In this document: positions 38,961 to 48,412 of the stretch, piece after piece
Layout of the letters: every line of letters starts with the position of its first letter
Position numbering within the stretch: the first letter of the stretch is position 1
From: Candidatus Pacearchaeota archaeon
GTDB lineage: Archaea; Nanobdellota; Nanobdellia; Pacearchaeales; JAPDKA01
Assembly: GCA_038840695.1 (NCBI GenBank)
Contig: JAWBVE010000004.1
Location: 774-64,773 of the forward strand
Direction: 5' to 3'
DNA length: 64,000 nt
The notes under the pieces: generated by a model
The model's database searches: none
Seen by the model: the letters and a program-made list of their open reading frames with translations, nothing else
What the model was told of the DNA's origin: nothing
Program-made: the position numbers and the translations under genes

Positions 38961-39033
38961 TGCCCCCACGAGGACTCGAACCTCGATTACAGGCTCCGCA
39001 AGCCCGTGGCCTATCCAATTAGCCGATGGGGGC
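38961..39033 (-). tRNA. tRNA-Arg(GCG)
   Basis: Reverse complement: acceptor GCCCCCA/TGGGGGC; anticodon arm CGGGC-TTGCGGA-GCCTG; GTTCGAGTC. Confidence 0.95.
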
Positions 39034-39113
39034 TGCAAGCAGGCACAAGCAGGCACAAATTTAAAAGCATTCAAATTTTAAAAACATAAATACGAGATTT
39101 TAAAAGCTAAAGT

Positions 39114-39542
39114 TTAACTGCCAGCTATTATATCAGCAATAAATGCAACAGCCATGCTCAACGTTAATAAATCAATTATGAAGCAATATCTGCATACAGC
39201 TTTTATCACAAAAAACTGCAAAAATATAAGATAGAGTGAGAATAATGACATAGCAACGAGGAGAAAAAATATAGCTTTATCTTTAGTATTGCTTGGATTT
39301 TTTATTTGTGCAGCACTCAGCAAGGCTAAAATCAAAAATGCAAGTATGCCTAGAATGCTTAAGGGCATTCCAGCAATATCAGAGAAAGCACTTGCATCGA
39401 CAATCGCACAGCCTCCACTGACAAAGCAAGAGTCAGCAGGCTTGAGTTTGTTAATTTCAATGTAGGCAGAAATAACTAAGCTTATTATTGAAACAATTAA
39501 TATATATGCAAGCACGATTTTTTTTCTTTTTTTAGCTTCCAT
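39114..39542 (-). CDS. Vitamin K epoxide reductase (VKOR) family disulfide-formation protein
   Basis: C....GC..V..S.FS.I.G.P, LQ.FVIKAVCRYC (CxxC); four TM segments. Confidence 0.92.
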   Translation of the reverse strand: MEAKKRKKIVLAYILIVSIISLVISAYIEINKLKPADSCFVSGGCAIVDASAFSDIAGMPLSILGILAFLILALLSAAQIKNPSNTKDKAIFFLLVAMSLFSLYLIFLQFFVIKAVCRYCFIIDLLTLSMAVAFIADIIAGS

Positions 39543-39623
39543 ATAACATGAAGACTTTTAACTTTTTAAGCCTTTTGGAAAAATTTAAAAAGTGTGCCAC
39601 TATAGAGTAATACGAAAATCAAT

Positions 39624-40403
39624 ATGAAGATCAAATCGAAGTTGCTGGCTTTCATCTCAGCATTATTTTTGGCTGGCAGTGGCACTAGCAATGCCTTTGA
39701 AGAGGCCACGCACTTTTTTATTAATCTAAATCCTCTACCCTATGCTATAGAAAAAGAAATAAGTGAGGATAATGACAGCGAAGAGTCAAGCCAATTAGGC
39801 CAATTAAGCAAAGAAATCAGACATTATTATGTTGATGCAAGCAGAGAGGAGGGCGAAGAAGAGCTAAAAAAGTTAATGCATAATGAGTATGGAGCTGAGG
39901 AAGCCTGGTTTTATGTTAAGGGCAAACTTCGTAATGGCATGCTCATTGAAAGATGGTTTGAATGCGGCGAGGGTGAGACAACTTCATTAATAAGAGAAAC
40001 AGTTAATCCAGGATTAGTAATAGATTACTTTACTAATATAGAGAATTTTATTGGCTATCATATTCATCCAATCTGCCAAGCAAAAGCCAAGACATTTTGC
40101 ACGAGCAATTTTCCAAGCATGGATGATCTTTATGCAGCTTTCGCGCTTAAGCTAATCATAACTTCAGAAGCAAGTGAGCGAGGAGTTCCGATTAAAAGAA
40201 TAAGCTCTGGGATTGTTACTCCAATTGGAGTTTATGATATCGATGTTCCTGAAATTAATGATAATAATCAGGAGGAGATAAAATCCAGAATAATAAACTA
40301 TGCTGTTGAACTTTTATTAAATAACCCGGATGAGGTTGAAGAAAATTTGGATAGCTTACTAAAAAAGTTAGGCTGGATTAAGCTAAGGCGGTATAAAAAG
40401 TGA
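39624..40403 (+). CDS. Secreted protein with JAB/MPN-like metal-binding motif
   Basis: Signal peptide ending SNA|F; EEAW...GYHIHP...FPSMDD. Confidence 0.6.
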   Translation: MKIKSKLLAFISALFLAGSGTSNAFEEATHFFINLNPLPYAIEKEISEDNDSEESSQLGQLSKEIRHYYVDASREEGEEELKKLMHNEYGAEEAWFYVKGKLRNGMLIERWFECGEGETTSLIRETVNPGLVIDYFTNIENFIGYHIHPICQAKAKTFCTSNFPSMDDLYAAFALKLIITSEASERGVPIKRISSGIVTPIGVYDIDVPEINDNNQEEIKSRIINYAVELLLNNPDEVEENLDSLLKKLGWIKLRRYKK

Positions 40404-40518
40404 AAAAAGAGAATTAATGCTTCTGCATAAAACGAGGCTAAGGGCTCGACAGATAAAGAACTATACCAAAAGCAAGCTAATACAGATAGCTTATTAAATT
40501 CATAATACAGAGGAAAGT

Positions 40519-41279
40519 ATGTTAAAGGTAAATTTCAAAACATCTGAGAAATATGATATAGAAGTTATGAGGAGATATGCTCTTCCTGGTAGAGGGGACT
40601 GGAACTGGAGCGACCATGTTTTTTTATTTCACCCAAAACTAAGACAAAAATTAAGAATATAAAGTTGAGGAAAGAGAAAGAAAGAGTAATAGAAAGATAT
40701 GTGAGAGAATTTTACGATAGGGAAATCTTTAATTTAAATAAGAAAAAAGAATATTTTAAAAGAGAATGGAAAAAAATAAACAACCAATATGAAAAAGCAC
40801 TTTGTGAATTGATGGAAATAAATCCTATGGCTATAAAAATAGAAGCAACATGTATTATTTCTATATGCCCTATATGCCCTCGAGATTTAAAGAAAAAAAC
40901 TTTTTCTGTTTTTTACAAACAAAAAATAAAACAAGCCAGACTAACAATTGCTCATGAAATTTTACATTTTTATTATTTTTACAAATGGAAAAAGATTTTT
41001 CAAAAAAACAATGAAAAAAATTTTGATGGGCCGCATATAATCTGGCATCTTAGCGAGATATTGGCACCAGTTATCTTAAATACCAAAAGAATACAAAAGC
41101 TTCTAAGAGAGAAAGCGAGAGGGTATAAGGAGCATGAAGCTTTTAAAATAAAAGGCAAAAATTCGATAGCACATTTTAAAGAATTATATAGTAAGCATGG
41201 CAAAGAAGGTTTTTCAGAATTTCTTAAGAAAGCATATATGGAAATTAAAAAGTATAAGAAAGAAATTCAGAAAATTTAG
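40519..41279 (+). pseudogene. Frameshifted HExxH metallopeptidase-like gene (or sequencing indel)
   Basis: ATG 40519 with GAGGA upstream reads MLKVNF..HPKLRQKL; one extra base near 40652 joins it to the 40665-41279 frame, which contains AHEILH..HLSE. Confidence 0.65.
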
Positions 41280-41406
41280 GCTGGCCCACACTTTATTCAG
41301 CCTCCTTTTTGCACAGAATGAGCAAGAAGGAGCAACGACCGAAAGATTTATAAATTGTTACTACTTAGTAATAATATAAAAAATTAAATTAAAAACCAAA
41401 ACAAAA

Positions 41407-41724
41407 ATGAAAAGACTATATAATTTAATTGCTGCAGGCGGATTGGCTGCTTTATTGGGTTGTGCGCATGTTGATGTAGCAAAAGCGCCAGCATGGCTTT
41501 ATAATGTTCCAGAGAAATGTGCAGTAGGAAAGGCAGAGAGAGGAACTAATGCCTATCTAGCAAGACTACGCGCAGAAAGTGCTGCAAGACGAGAGCTTGC
41601 CTTAAAGTATGGCCAATGCAAAGAGAAAAATGGTAGAAAAGAATGCGTGCAAGTGCAAAGAGGCGTGAGCTTTGAATTTTACGACGATGGAAATAACCTT
41701 TATGCACTAGGTTGCATGCGCTAA
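41407..41724 (+). CDS. LPP20-like lipoprotein
   Basis: Lipobox LLGC; AP.W, AVG.A, A...A...AR.ELA pattern. Confidence 0.7.
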   Translation: MKRLYNLIAAGGLAALLGCAHVDVAKAPAWLYNVPEKCAVGKAERGTNAYLARLRAESAARRELALKYGQCKEKNGRKECVQVQRGVSFEFYDDGNNLYALGCMR

Positions 41725-41788
41725 TAAAAAATAAGAAAGGCAGTCATTTGCTTACAAAAGCTTTTTAATTTGTTTTTTTTCTTTATTT

Positions 41789-43267
41789 ATGGAAAAGCTT
41801 GAGCTTATAAATGGGATAGCATTAAAAAGAGGCTTTTTTATGCCATCTGCAGAAATTTATAGGGGCAAGGCAGAGCTTGGTGGACTTTATTGCTATGGCC
41901 ATCTTGGAAAAGCACTAAAGCTAAAATTTGAGAATTTATGGAAGGCTTTTTTCTTAAAGCTTCATGATAACTTTCATGAAATTGAGGGAACTTGTATTTT
42001 GCCAAAAGCAGTTTTTGAGGCTAGTGGCCATCTTGAGCATTTTAATGATCCTCTCGTGGAATGCCTAAAATGCCACTTCAGATTTAGAGCAGACAATTTC
42101 TTAGAAGATGAATTAAACATAAAGGTTGAAGGGCTTAGTATTGAGGATATGGACAAGCTAATCAAGAAAAACAAGCTTAAGTGCCCAAAATGCAAATCAT
42201 CTCAACTAAGTGATGTTCATTTCTATAATATGATGTTTGGGTTAAGTTTGGGGGCAATAGGAGGGAATATTAATGCATACTTAACTCCTGAAACAGCCCA
42301 GCAAAGCTATCTTGCATTTGCTCGTGAGTTTGAGGCTTTGAGAAAGCAATTGCCGCTAGGCTTAGCTGTTATAGGAAAAGTTTTTAGAAATGAAATAAGC
42401 CCTAGGCAACTTTTTTTCAGGCTTAGAGAATTTACTCAAGCGGAACTTCAAGTTTTTATAGCTCCTGAAATGCTTGAGCAGGATTTATTTAATGCGTGGG
42501 AGAAAATTAAAGACAAAAAACTGCCAATAAAACTTGTTAAAGACAAGACAGCAAGAGAGCATTCACTTGCCGAGCTGAACAAGAGCTATCCAAAACTTTA
42601 TCTTTATTTTCTTTACAAAATTTATGAATTTTATACAGAGAAGATAAAAATTCCTCGAGAGAAGCTTAGGTTTAGAGAGCTTAGTGAGGAAGAAAGAGCT
42701 TTTTATAACAAAGCCCACTTTGATATAGAGCTTTTTATAGAAAGCCTTGGAGGCTTTAAGGAAGTAGGTGGCTTGCATTATAGGGGTGATTATGACTTAA
42801 GTAGGCATCAAAAGCATAGCAAAGAAAGGCTTGAGATATTTTGGGCTAACAAGAAAATTATTCCCCATGTAATAGAGCTAAGCTTTGGTGTCGATAGGAA
42901 CATTTTCGCTTTTCTTGACATTTTTTTCAGGCAAGAAAAAGAAAGATGCCTTTTCAGTTTTCCAGCTTCGATTGCGCCAATCGACATAGCAATTTTTCCT
43001 CTTGTTAACAAAGATAAGCTTCCAGAAAAAGCGAGAGAAGTTTATAACATGCTAAAAGGCTGGTTTAAATGCTATTATGATGAGGCTGATAGTATTGGTA
43101 GACGCTATAGAAGACAAGATGAGATAGGAACCCCATTTTGCATAACTATTGATTTTCAGAGCTTGGAAGATAATACTGTTACTGTAAGAGATCGCGATAG
43201 CATGAAACAAGAGAGAATTGCTATAGACAAGCTTATTGATTATTTTTGCAAAAAATTTACTTCTTGA
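41789..43267 (+). CDS. glyS: Glycine--tRNA ligase (archaeal/eukaryotic type)
   Basis: ASGH..F.DP, YL.PETAQ, GK.FRNEISPRQ..FRLREF.Q.E, PHVIE.SFGVDR, SIGRRYRRQDEIGTP. Confidence 0.97.
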   Translation: MEKLELINGIALKRGFFMPSAEIYRGKAELGGLYCYGHLGKALKLKFENLWKAFFLKLHDNFHEIEGTCILPKAVFEASGHLEHFNDPLVECLKCHFRFRADNFLEDELNIKVEGLSIEDMDKLIKKNKLKCPKCKSSQLSDVHFYNMMFGLSLGAIGGNINAYLTPETAQQSYLAFAREFEALRKQLPLGLAVIGKVFRNEISPRQLFFRLREFTQAELQVFIAPEMLEQDLFNAWEKIKDKKLPIKLVKDKTAREHSLAELNKSYPKLYLYFLYKIYEFYTEKIKIPREKLRFRELSEEERAFYNKAHFDIELFIESLGGFKEVGGLHYRGDYDLSRHQKHSKERLEIFWANKKIIPHVIELSFGVDRNIFAFLDIFFRQEKERCLFSFPASIAPIDIAIFPLVNKDKLPEKAREVYNMLKGWFKCYYDEADSIGRRYRRQDEIGTPFCITIDFQSLEDNTVTVRDRDSMKQERIAIDKLIDYFCKKFTS

Positions 43268-43320
43268 GATAGAAAAATATTTAAAGAAAAATATTTAAAC
43301 TCTGAAGTAATTAATTTTTT

Positions 43321-43599
43321 ATGACATTAGATGAGAAAATTAAGGAGAATGAATTTGAGATTAGCAGAGTGAATGATAAGGAGGCAAATGAAGAAAAAAA
43401 TGCTTTGAGTGCAGTACTTTATATGATTCCTATAATTGGCGATATAGAATTAGTTAAAGGATTAAAGGAAATACCTGAGCCAAGGTTTCATAAGTATGGT
43501 TTTTTCACTATTTTTGAAATTACAAAATATGGCGTTTGGCTCGGCTTAGGATATGCAGCTTATAAAATTTTTGATGCACTAAGTAAGATCCTTCATTAA
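43321..43599 (+). CDS. Small hypothetical membrane protein
   Basis: 92 aa with hydrophobic segments; TATA-like element about 25 nt upstream. Confidence 0.6.
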   Translation: MTLDEKIKENEFEISRVNDKEANEEKNALSAVLYMIPIIGDIELVKGLKEIPEPRFHKYGFFTIFEITKYGVWLGLGYAAYKIFDALSKILH

Positions 43600-43738
43600 A
43601 CTACTTATTTTAAAATTCCGCAAGAAATCTGCCTGTTTTCGTCGATGGATGAATTGTGTTTAATTATATCTGAGATTTTTGAAATGAGGTAAGTAAATCA
43701 AGCTTTTGGGTGATTTCTGAGCTGCAGGCGCCGGTGTG

Positions 43739-44041
43739 TCAATCAATAGAAAAATATTTTTTATTTTTTCCTTTAATTTTCCAAAATTCAAGGCGTGCTC
43801 CTGCATCAAGCCACGCATGAGCATAATAGATAGCTGCGATTGCTCGCAAATAATCTTTTTGTTTAAAAAAATACATTGAATCGCTTAGATAAGATTCAGC
43901 CATTTCAACAAATTCTCTAGCTTTTTCGAGCTTTGCCTTATCTTTAGTTAAATTTTTCTTCGCAATTTCCAAAGCTCTTTTGCTAAAATTAAATTCTTTT
44001 TTTATATACTCAATTTGCTTAGCATTTCCTTCTTTTTTCAT
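43739..44041 (-). CDS. DUF357 family protein
   Basis: MA.SYLSDS.YF....D..RA.AA..YAHAWLDAGARL. Confidence 0.9.
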   Translation of the reverse strand: MKKEGNAKQIEYIKKEFNFSKRALEIAKKNLTKDKAKLEKAREFVEMAESYLSDSMYFFKQKDYLRAIAAIYYAHAWLDAGARLEFWKIKGKNKKYFSID

Positions 44042-44170
44042 TAACTAGCATTATTCTCAAAATTAAAAATCTTGGCTTTGTACACTTGCTTGCACTCGCT
44101 TTGCAAATATTTTTAATAATTCAAAGCTATTTTTAAAATTCAAAGCAAGATAAAAAACAAGATAAAAAAA

Positions 44171-44566
44171 ATGGAAAGCAAAACGGGAAATAAAATGGAA
44201 GAAAGAGAAAAAGAAAAAGTGAAAAGAGAAAATTTAAAAAAGATGTTTAATAGTGAGAGAGGAGGAATGTATTATCTTTTGATGCGCGAGAGTGTTGGAG
44301 GAAATGCTGGCTATTACGGGGATAAGCCTTGCGTGGCCGCAAATTTTCTTTATAATGAGAAAGGCGAGATCGTGGAATTTACAAATTATAGAGAAGGCAA
44401 AAAATTATATAAAGGAACTTTTAGAATAGTTGTAAACCCAAAAGGAAAAAAATCTTATAAGGAAATATATGAAAAAATAGTCAATGTTTTTCTCGACAAA
44501 GATAGTCCAAAAGAAAGTCAAGAAATCATTAAAAAGTGTGCAGAAGAATATAACAAGCTAGAGTAA
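44171..44566 (+). CDS. Hypothetical protein
   Basis: 131-aa ORF with an A-rich leader. Confidence 0.6.
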   Translation: MESKTGNKMEEREKEKVKRENLKKMFNSERGGMYYLLMRESVGGNAGYYGDKPCVAANFLYNEKGEIVEFTNYREGKKLYKGTFRIVVNPKGKKSYKEIYEKIVNVFLDKDSPKESQEIIKKCAEEYNKLE

Positions 44567-44650
44567 AAGACTCGTAAAAGACTCGAGTAAAAGACAGCGA
44601 TAGAGAGTAAAAAGATAAAATATTAAAAAACTAAAGATATGCTTCTTTGA

Positions 44651-44722
44651 GGGCTCGTAGTTCAATGGTAGAACGCTCCCTTGGCTAGGGAGAGGTTCCG
44701 GGTTCAAGTCCCGGCGAGTCCA
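44651..44722 (+). tRNA. tRNA-Ala(GGC)
   Basis: Acceptor GGGCTCG/CGAGTCC with G3:U70; anticodon arm CTCCC-TTGGCTA-GGGAG; GTTCAAGTC. Confidence 0.94.
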
Positions 44723-44732
44723 TTTTTATAAC

Positions 44733-45206
44733 ATGCAAACTTCAATTTTAACTTCAATTTTAGTAGCTATTTTACTTTCAATGCTGCCAATAAGTGAGCT
44801 ACGCGGAGGTTTGATTTATGCCTTTGCATCTAAACTAAATCCTGTCTTAGCCTTTTTTGTTTGTGTTTTATCTAATCTTTTAATTGCACCACTTTTGTTT
44901 TTATTTTTATCATCTTTGCACTTAGCACTTTACAAAATTAAAACTTATAGAAAATTATTTGATGCTTATATAAGAAGCTTAGATAAAAAAGTTGAGAAGT
45001 ATGAGAGAAGGCATAAAGTTCTAGGTTATCTTGCCTTAACTTTGTTTGTTGCAGTCCCATTACCTTTTACAGGAGCATGGACAGCAAGCTTTATAGCATG
45101 GATACTTGGCTTAGATAAGAAAAAGAGCATTTTTGCTATAAGCGTTGGCGTTATTATTGCAGGACTTATCATTACAGCATTAGCTTTGTCAGGCAGGCTT
45201 TTATGA
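44733..45206 (+). CDS. COG2426 small multidrug export-like membrane protein
   Basis: [24 protein letters not shown]. Confidence 0.92.
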   Translation: MQTSILTSILVAILLSMLPISELRGGLIYAFASKLNPVLAFFVCVLSNLLIAPLLFLFLSSLHLALYKIKTYRKLFDAYIRSLDKKVEKYERRHKVLGYLALTLFVAVPLPFTGAWTASFIAWILGLDKKKSIFAISVGVIIAGLIITALALSGRLL

Positions 45207-45268
45207 TGTTTTTTGGCTTTTGTTTTTTCGATAGAAAAATTTTTAAATTTTTTTTAAAAAATGCTATA

Positions 45269-45832
45269 ATGAAAGATCCAGTAACTGTTTCTGATCCAAA
45301 GCCTGTCAAAAAAGGAACGAGAACATATGAAAATTTGTTGAAAGCATTCGCTGGCGAGTCACAAGCAAGAAATAGATATAGCTTTTTTGCCAAAATTGCT
45401 AGAGAACAAGGACTTCATCACATTGCAGCAATTTTTGAGGAGACAGCAAATCATGAAGCAGAGCATGCAAAAATGATATGGAAGCTCCTAGGAGAGTGGT
45501 CTAGCACAGCAGAAAATCTTAAGAAAGCAATTCAAGGAGAAAATTATGAGCATACAAAAATGTACCCTGAATTTAAGAAAATAGCTGAGGAAGAAGGATT
45601 TAAGGATGCTGTTAGATTTTTTACCGAGGTTGCCGAGGTCGAAGAGCAACACGAGAAAAGATATAGAAAACTTTTAGAGGAGTTAGAAAAAGGAAAGGTT
45701 TTTAAGAAGGAAAAAGAAGTGATGTGGGTTTGTAGAAATTGTGGTTATGTGCATATAGGCAAAGAAGCTCCGAAGGAGTGCCCTAATTGCAGACATCCAC
45801 AAAGTTATTTTGAGGTGAGATGTGAATATTGA
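45269..45832 (+). CDS. rbr: Rubrerythrin
   Basis: [24 protein letters not shown]...MYP, E..H, C-terminal [17 protein letters not shown] 45269 preferred. Confidence 0.96.
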   Translation: MKDPVTVSDPKPVKKGTRTYENLLKAFAGESQARNRYSFFAKIAREQGLHHIAAIFEETANHEAEHAKMIWKLLGEWSSTAENLKKAIQGENYEHTKMYPEFKKIAEEEGFKDAVRFFTEVAEVEEQHEKRYRKLLEELEKGKVFKKEKEVMWVCRNCGYVHIGKEAPKECPNCRHPQSYFEVRCEY

Positions 45833-45853
45833 AGAATATTGAAGAATATTGAA
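45824..45853 (+). repeat. 3x GAATATTGAA tandem repeat across the rbr stop
   Basis: gaatattgaa-gaatattgaa-gaatattgaa read directly. Confidence 0.9.
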
Positions 45854-46808
45854 GTCTGCAATGAGATGGTGGAGGGAGGTTGGGGAAAACGAGAAAAAAG
45901 TAATTCGTTGCCATTTTTGTAAAAAAATAAAAGAAGGAGTGCATTTAAGAAGTTATAATTTGAGAGTTTGTTTTGATTGTTTTTTAAATTTTTTTAGGAA
46001 AAGAGTACAGGAAACAATAGAGAAATTTAAAATGTTTAACAAAGAAGAAAAAATTGCAGTAGCAATTTCTGGCGGCAAAGATTCTGTTGCTTTGGCGAGG
46101 GTTTTGAAGGATTTAGGATATAAAATTTCTCTTTTTCATATTAATACTAACATTAAAGAAGAAAATTATGCTGAAAATTCAGAAAAGGCAGTAAAAGAAT
46201 TTGCTCAGCGAGAAAATTTGCCATTAAAAATTATAAAGCTCGAAGATGAAATTGGGGTTGATATTAAATTAGCTTCTAAAATTTCAAAAAAAGAAATTTG
46301 TGGAATTTGTGGGATGATAAAGAGATATCTCTTAAATAGAGAAGCAAAAGATTTTGATGTAATAGTAACTGGCCATACTTTAGATGATGAAGCGGCTTCG
46401 CTTTTATCTTCTCTAATTTTTTGGAAAGAATTTGTTGCTAGACAGTGGCCAATACTTAATGAAAAAGAAACTTTAAAGAGAAAAGCAAAACCATTAAGTT
46501 TGGTTTTTGAAAAAAATACTGAACTTTTTTGCCAAATATTGAATCTTCCTTACAATCCTCAGCCATGCCCATTGAGGGGAGGCACTTATATATTTTTTAA
46601 AAATTTTATCCATTCTTTAGAGAAAGCGATGCCTTCTTCCGTCTTAAATTTTTATAAAGGGTTCTTGCGAAGAAAGAAACAAATTTTATGGCAAGATGAA
46701 GATGAAAAATTAGAGCCCTGTGAGAAATGCGGGTATCTTACTGTTGCAAAAATTTGCAGTTTTTGTAGGTTAAAAGAAAAAATAGAAAGATGGAAAAACA
46801 AAAGTTAA
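45849..46808 (+). CDS. ttuA: tRNA 2-thiolation protein (TtuA/Ncs6 family PP-loop ATPase)
   Basis: N- and C-terminal CxxC zinc fingers, ISGGKDS, CGICG..KR, TGHTLDDE, CP; start uncertain. Confidence 0.9.
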   Translation: MKSAMRWWREVGENEKKVIRCHFCKKIKEGVHLRSYNLRVCFDCFLNFFRKRVQETIEKFKMFNKEEKIAVAISGGKDSVALARVLKDLGYKISLFHINTNIKEENYAENSEKAVKEFAQRENLPLKIIKLEDEIGVDIKLASKISKKEICGICGMIKRYLLNREAKDFDVIVTGHTLDDEAASLLSSLIFWKEFVARQWPILNEKETLKRKAKPLSLVFEKNTELFCQILNLPYNPQPCPLRGGTYIFFKNFIHSLEKAMPSSVLNFYKGFLRRKKQILWQDEDEKLEPCEKCGYLTVAKICSFCRLKEKIERWKNKS

Positions 46809-47455
46809 AACAAAAATTAAAAAGGACAACGAGCCAAAAAAGAAAATTAGCTCTTTTGCAATTGCAAAAAATAAAAGCCATTCTCAAGAGAGAAGCTAAA
46901 AAAATAAGGTTGGCAGCTGAGTGGCGTGAGCCATGGCAAGTGTTAATTGCAACTATCTTATCTGCTCAAAGCAGGGATGAAAAAACAATTGAAGTAGCAC
47001 AAAAACTTTTTAAAACTTATAGCTCATTAAAGGCTCTTGCTAATGCTGAAATAAGCAAGGTAGAAAAAATTATTCGTGAAATAAATTTTTATAGAACAAA
47101 GGCGAGGGCCATAGTAAGGACAGCACGAATAATAATTAAAAAATATAAAGGCAAAATTCCTGCTCAGCGAGAAGAGCTGATGAAGTTGCCAGGTGTAGGG
47201 CGAAAAGTTGCAAATGTTTATCTTGTGCAAGTTCATAAAGCTGCAGCAATTGGCGTTGATACTCATGTTGCTTTTTTGTCTAGAGTTTTAGGATGGACAA
47301 AAAGCAAAAGCCAAATCAAAATAGAAAAAGACCTCGAGGCTTTATTCCCAAGCCGCTATTGGAATGAAATCAATTATGTTCTTGTTAGATTTGGTAGGCT
47401 TTATAGGACAAGAAAAATGCAAGTAGAAAAGTTAAAAGCAGAAGGCATTATATGA
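46790..47455 (+). CDS. nth: Endonuclease III-like HhH-GPD glycosylase lacking the 4Fe-4S motif
   Basis: LIATILSAQS.D, FYR.KA, L.KLPGVGRK.AN, VDTHV; no C-terminal Cys cluster. Confidence 0.92.
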   Translation: MEKQKLKQKLKRTTSQKRKLALLQLQKIKAILKREAKKIRLAAEWREPWQVLIATILSAQSRDEKTIEVAQKLFKTYSSLKALANAEISKVEKIIREINFYRTKARAIVRTARIIIKKYKGKIPAQREELMKLPGVGRKVANVYLVQVHKAAAIGVDTHVAFLSRVLGWTKSKSQIKIEKDLEALFPSRYWNEINYVLVRFGRLYRTRKMQVEKLKAEGII

Positions 47456-47467
47456 AAGTATATTGGC

Positions 47468-47725
47468 TTAGGAGCAGCCAGTCTTTTTTAGAGCTTCTTT
47501 AATTTTTTCTCTACTTGAGCTTTTTACTTTTGTAGTTGTAGGATATTTTTTGACTTTATACTTCACAAAAAGCTTAATTTCACCCTCTCCAAGATTTTTA
47601 TATGTTTTTTTCAGTGCCCAAAATTTTCCAATAGCACAGTCCTCTTCAAGCGGCTTTTTCATTAGTCCAATAACAAAAAACAAATGAATAACAAAATAAA
47701 TAAATAACAAGAAAGTCAAAATCAA
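47468..47725 (-). CDS. Small hypothetical or gene relic
   Basis: Hydrophobic N-terminus; KY.V..YPT weakly resembles a thioredoxin-fold end; non-ATG start. Confidence 0.3.
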   Translation of the reverse strand: MILTFLLFIYFVIHLFFVIGLMKKPLEEDCAIGKFWALKKTYKNLGEGEIKLFVKYKVKKYPTTTKVKSSSREKIKEALKKTGCS

Positions 47726-47844
47726 ATCAGTAAAAATTAAAAAATAAATTAAAAAATAAATTAATTTAAACTAAAACCTAAGAACTAAAAATCTAAAACT
47801 AAATCTCAAAAATTGGAAAATCAAAAGCTGCTGCATGTTGAAAA

Positions 47845-48333
47845 ATGATACAACGAACACTTGTGCTATTGAAGCCTGATGCAGTGAAAAGGGGCTTGAT
47901 TGGCAGAATTATCCAGCGTTTTGAGGATGCAGGATTGAAAATAGTGGCTGCAAAGATGGTTTGGGCTAGTAAAGAGCAAGCAGATAAGCATTATTTTGAT
48001 CTTGGCATAAGGCGTGGAGAACATGTTAAGAAAAGAATGATTGACTTCCTTACACAGGGCCCTATATTGGCTCTTGTGCTGGAAGGAATAGAAGCAGTCG
48101 ATGTTGTGAGAAAAATGGTAGGAGGCACTGAACCGAAAACAGCGCCGCCAGGAACAATTCGAGGCGATTTTGCACATCAAAGCTTTATGTATGCTGATGC
48201 AAAAAATAAAGGAGTTCCTAACTTAATTCATGCTTCCAGTAGCCTTGAAGAAGCCAAGAAAGAGATAAAGCTATGGTTTAAGGATAGCGAAATTCATAGC
48301 TATAAAACTGTTCATGAAGAATTTGTGTTCTGA
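47845..48333 (+). CDS. ndk: Nucleoside diphosphate kinase
   Basis: RTLVLLKPDAV.RGLIG, PGTIRGDF, NLIHAS. Confidence 0.98.
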   Translation: MIQRTLVLLKPDAVKRGLIGRIIQRFEDAGLKIVAAKMVWASKEQADKHYFDLGIRRGEHVKKRMIDFLTQGPILALVLEGIEAVDVVRKMVGGTEPKTAPPGTIRGDFAHQSFMYADAKNKGVPNLIHASSSLEEAKKEIKLWFKDSEIHSYKTVHEEFVF

Positions 48334-48412
48334 TTTAAAAATGCAAAGAGCGCAAAGGCGAAGAAGGCAAAAAGAGCGAGAGGAGCATAAAGAAAAAGCA
48401 AAAGCGAGAGGA

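Noticed and set aside
45850..45890. Possible ubiquitin-like sulfur-carrier (TtuB/ThiS) remnant ending in GG upstream of ttuA
   Set aside because: Only a few codons (EMVEGG), not followed by a stop; insufficient evidence
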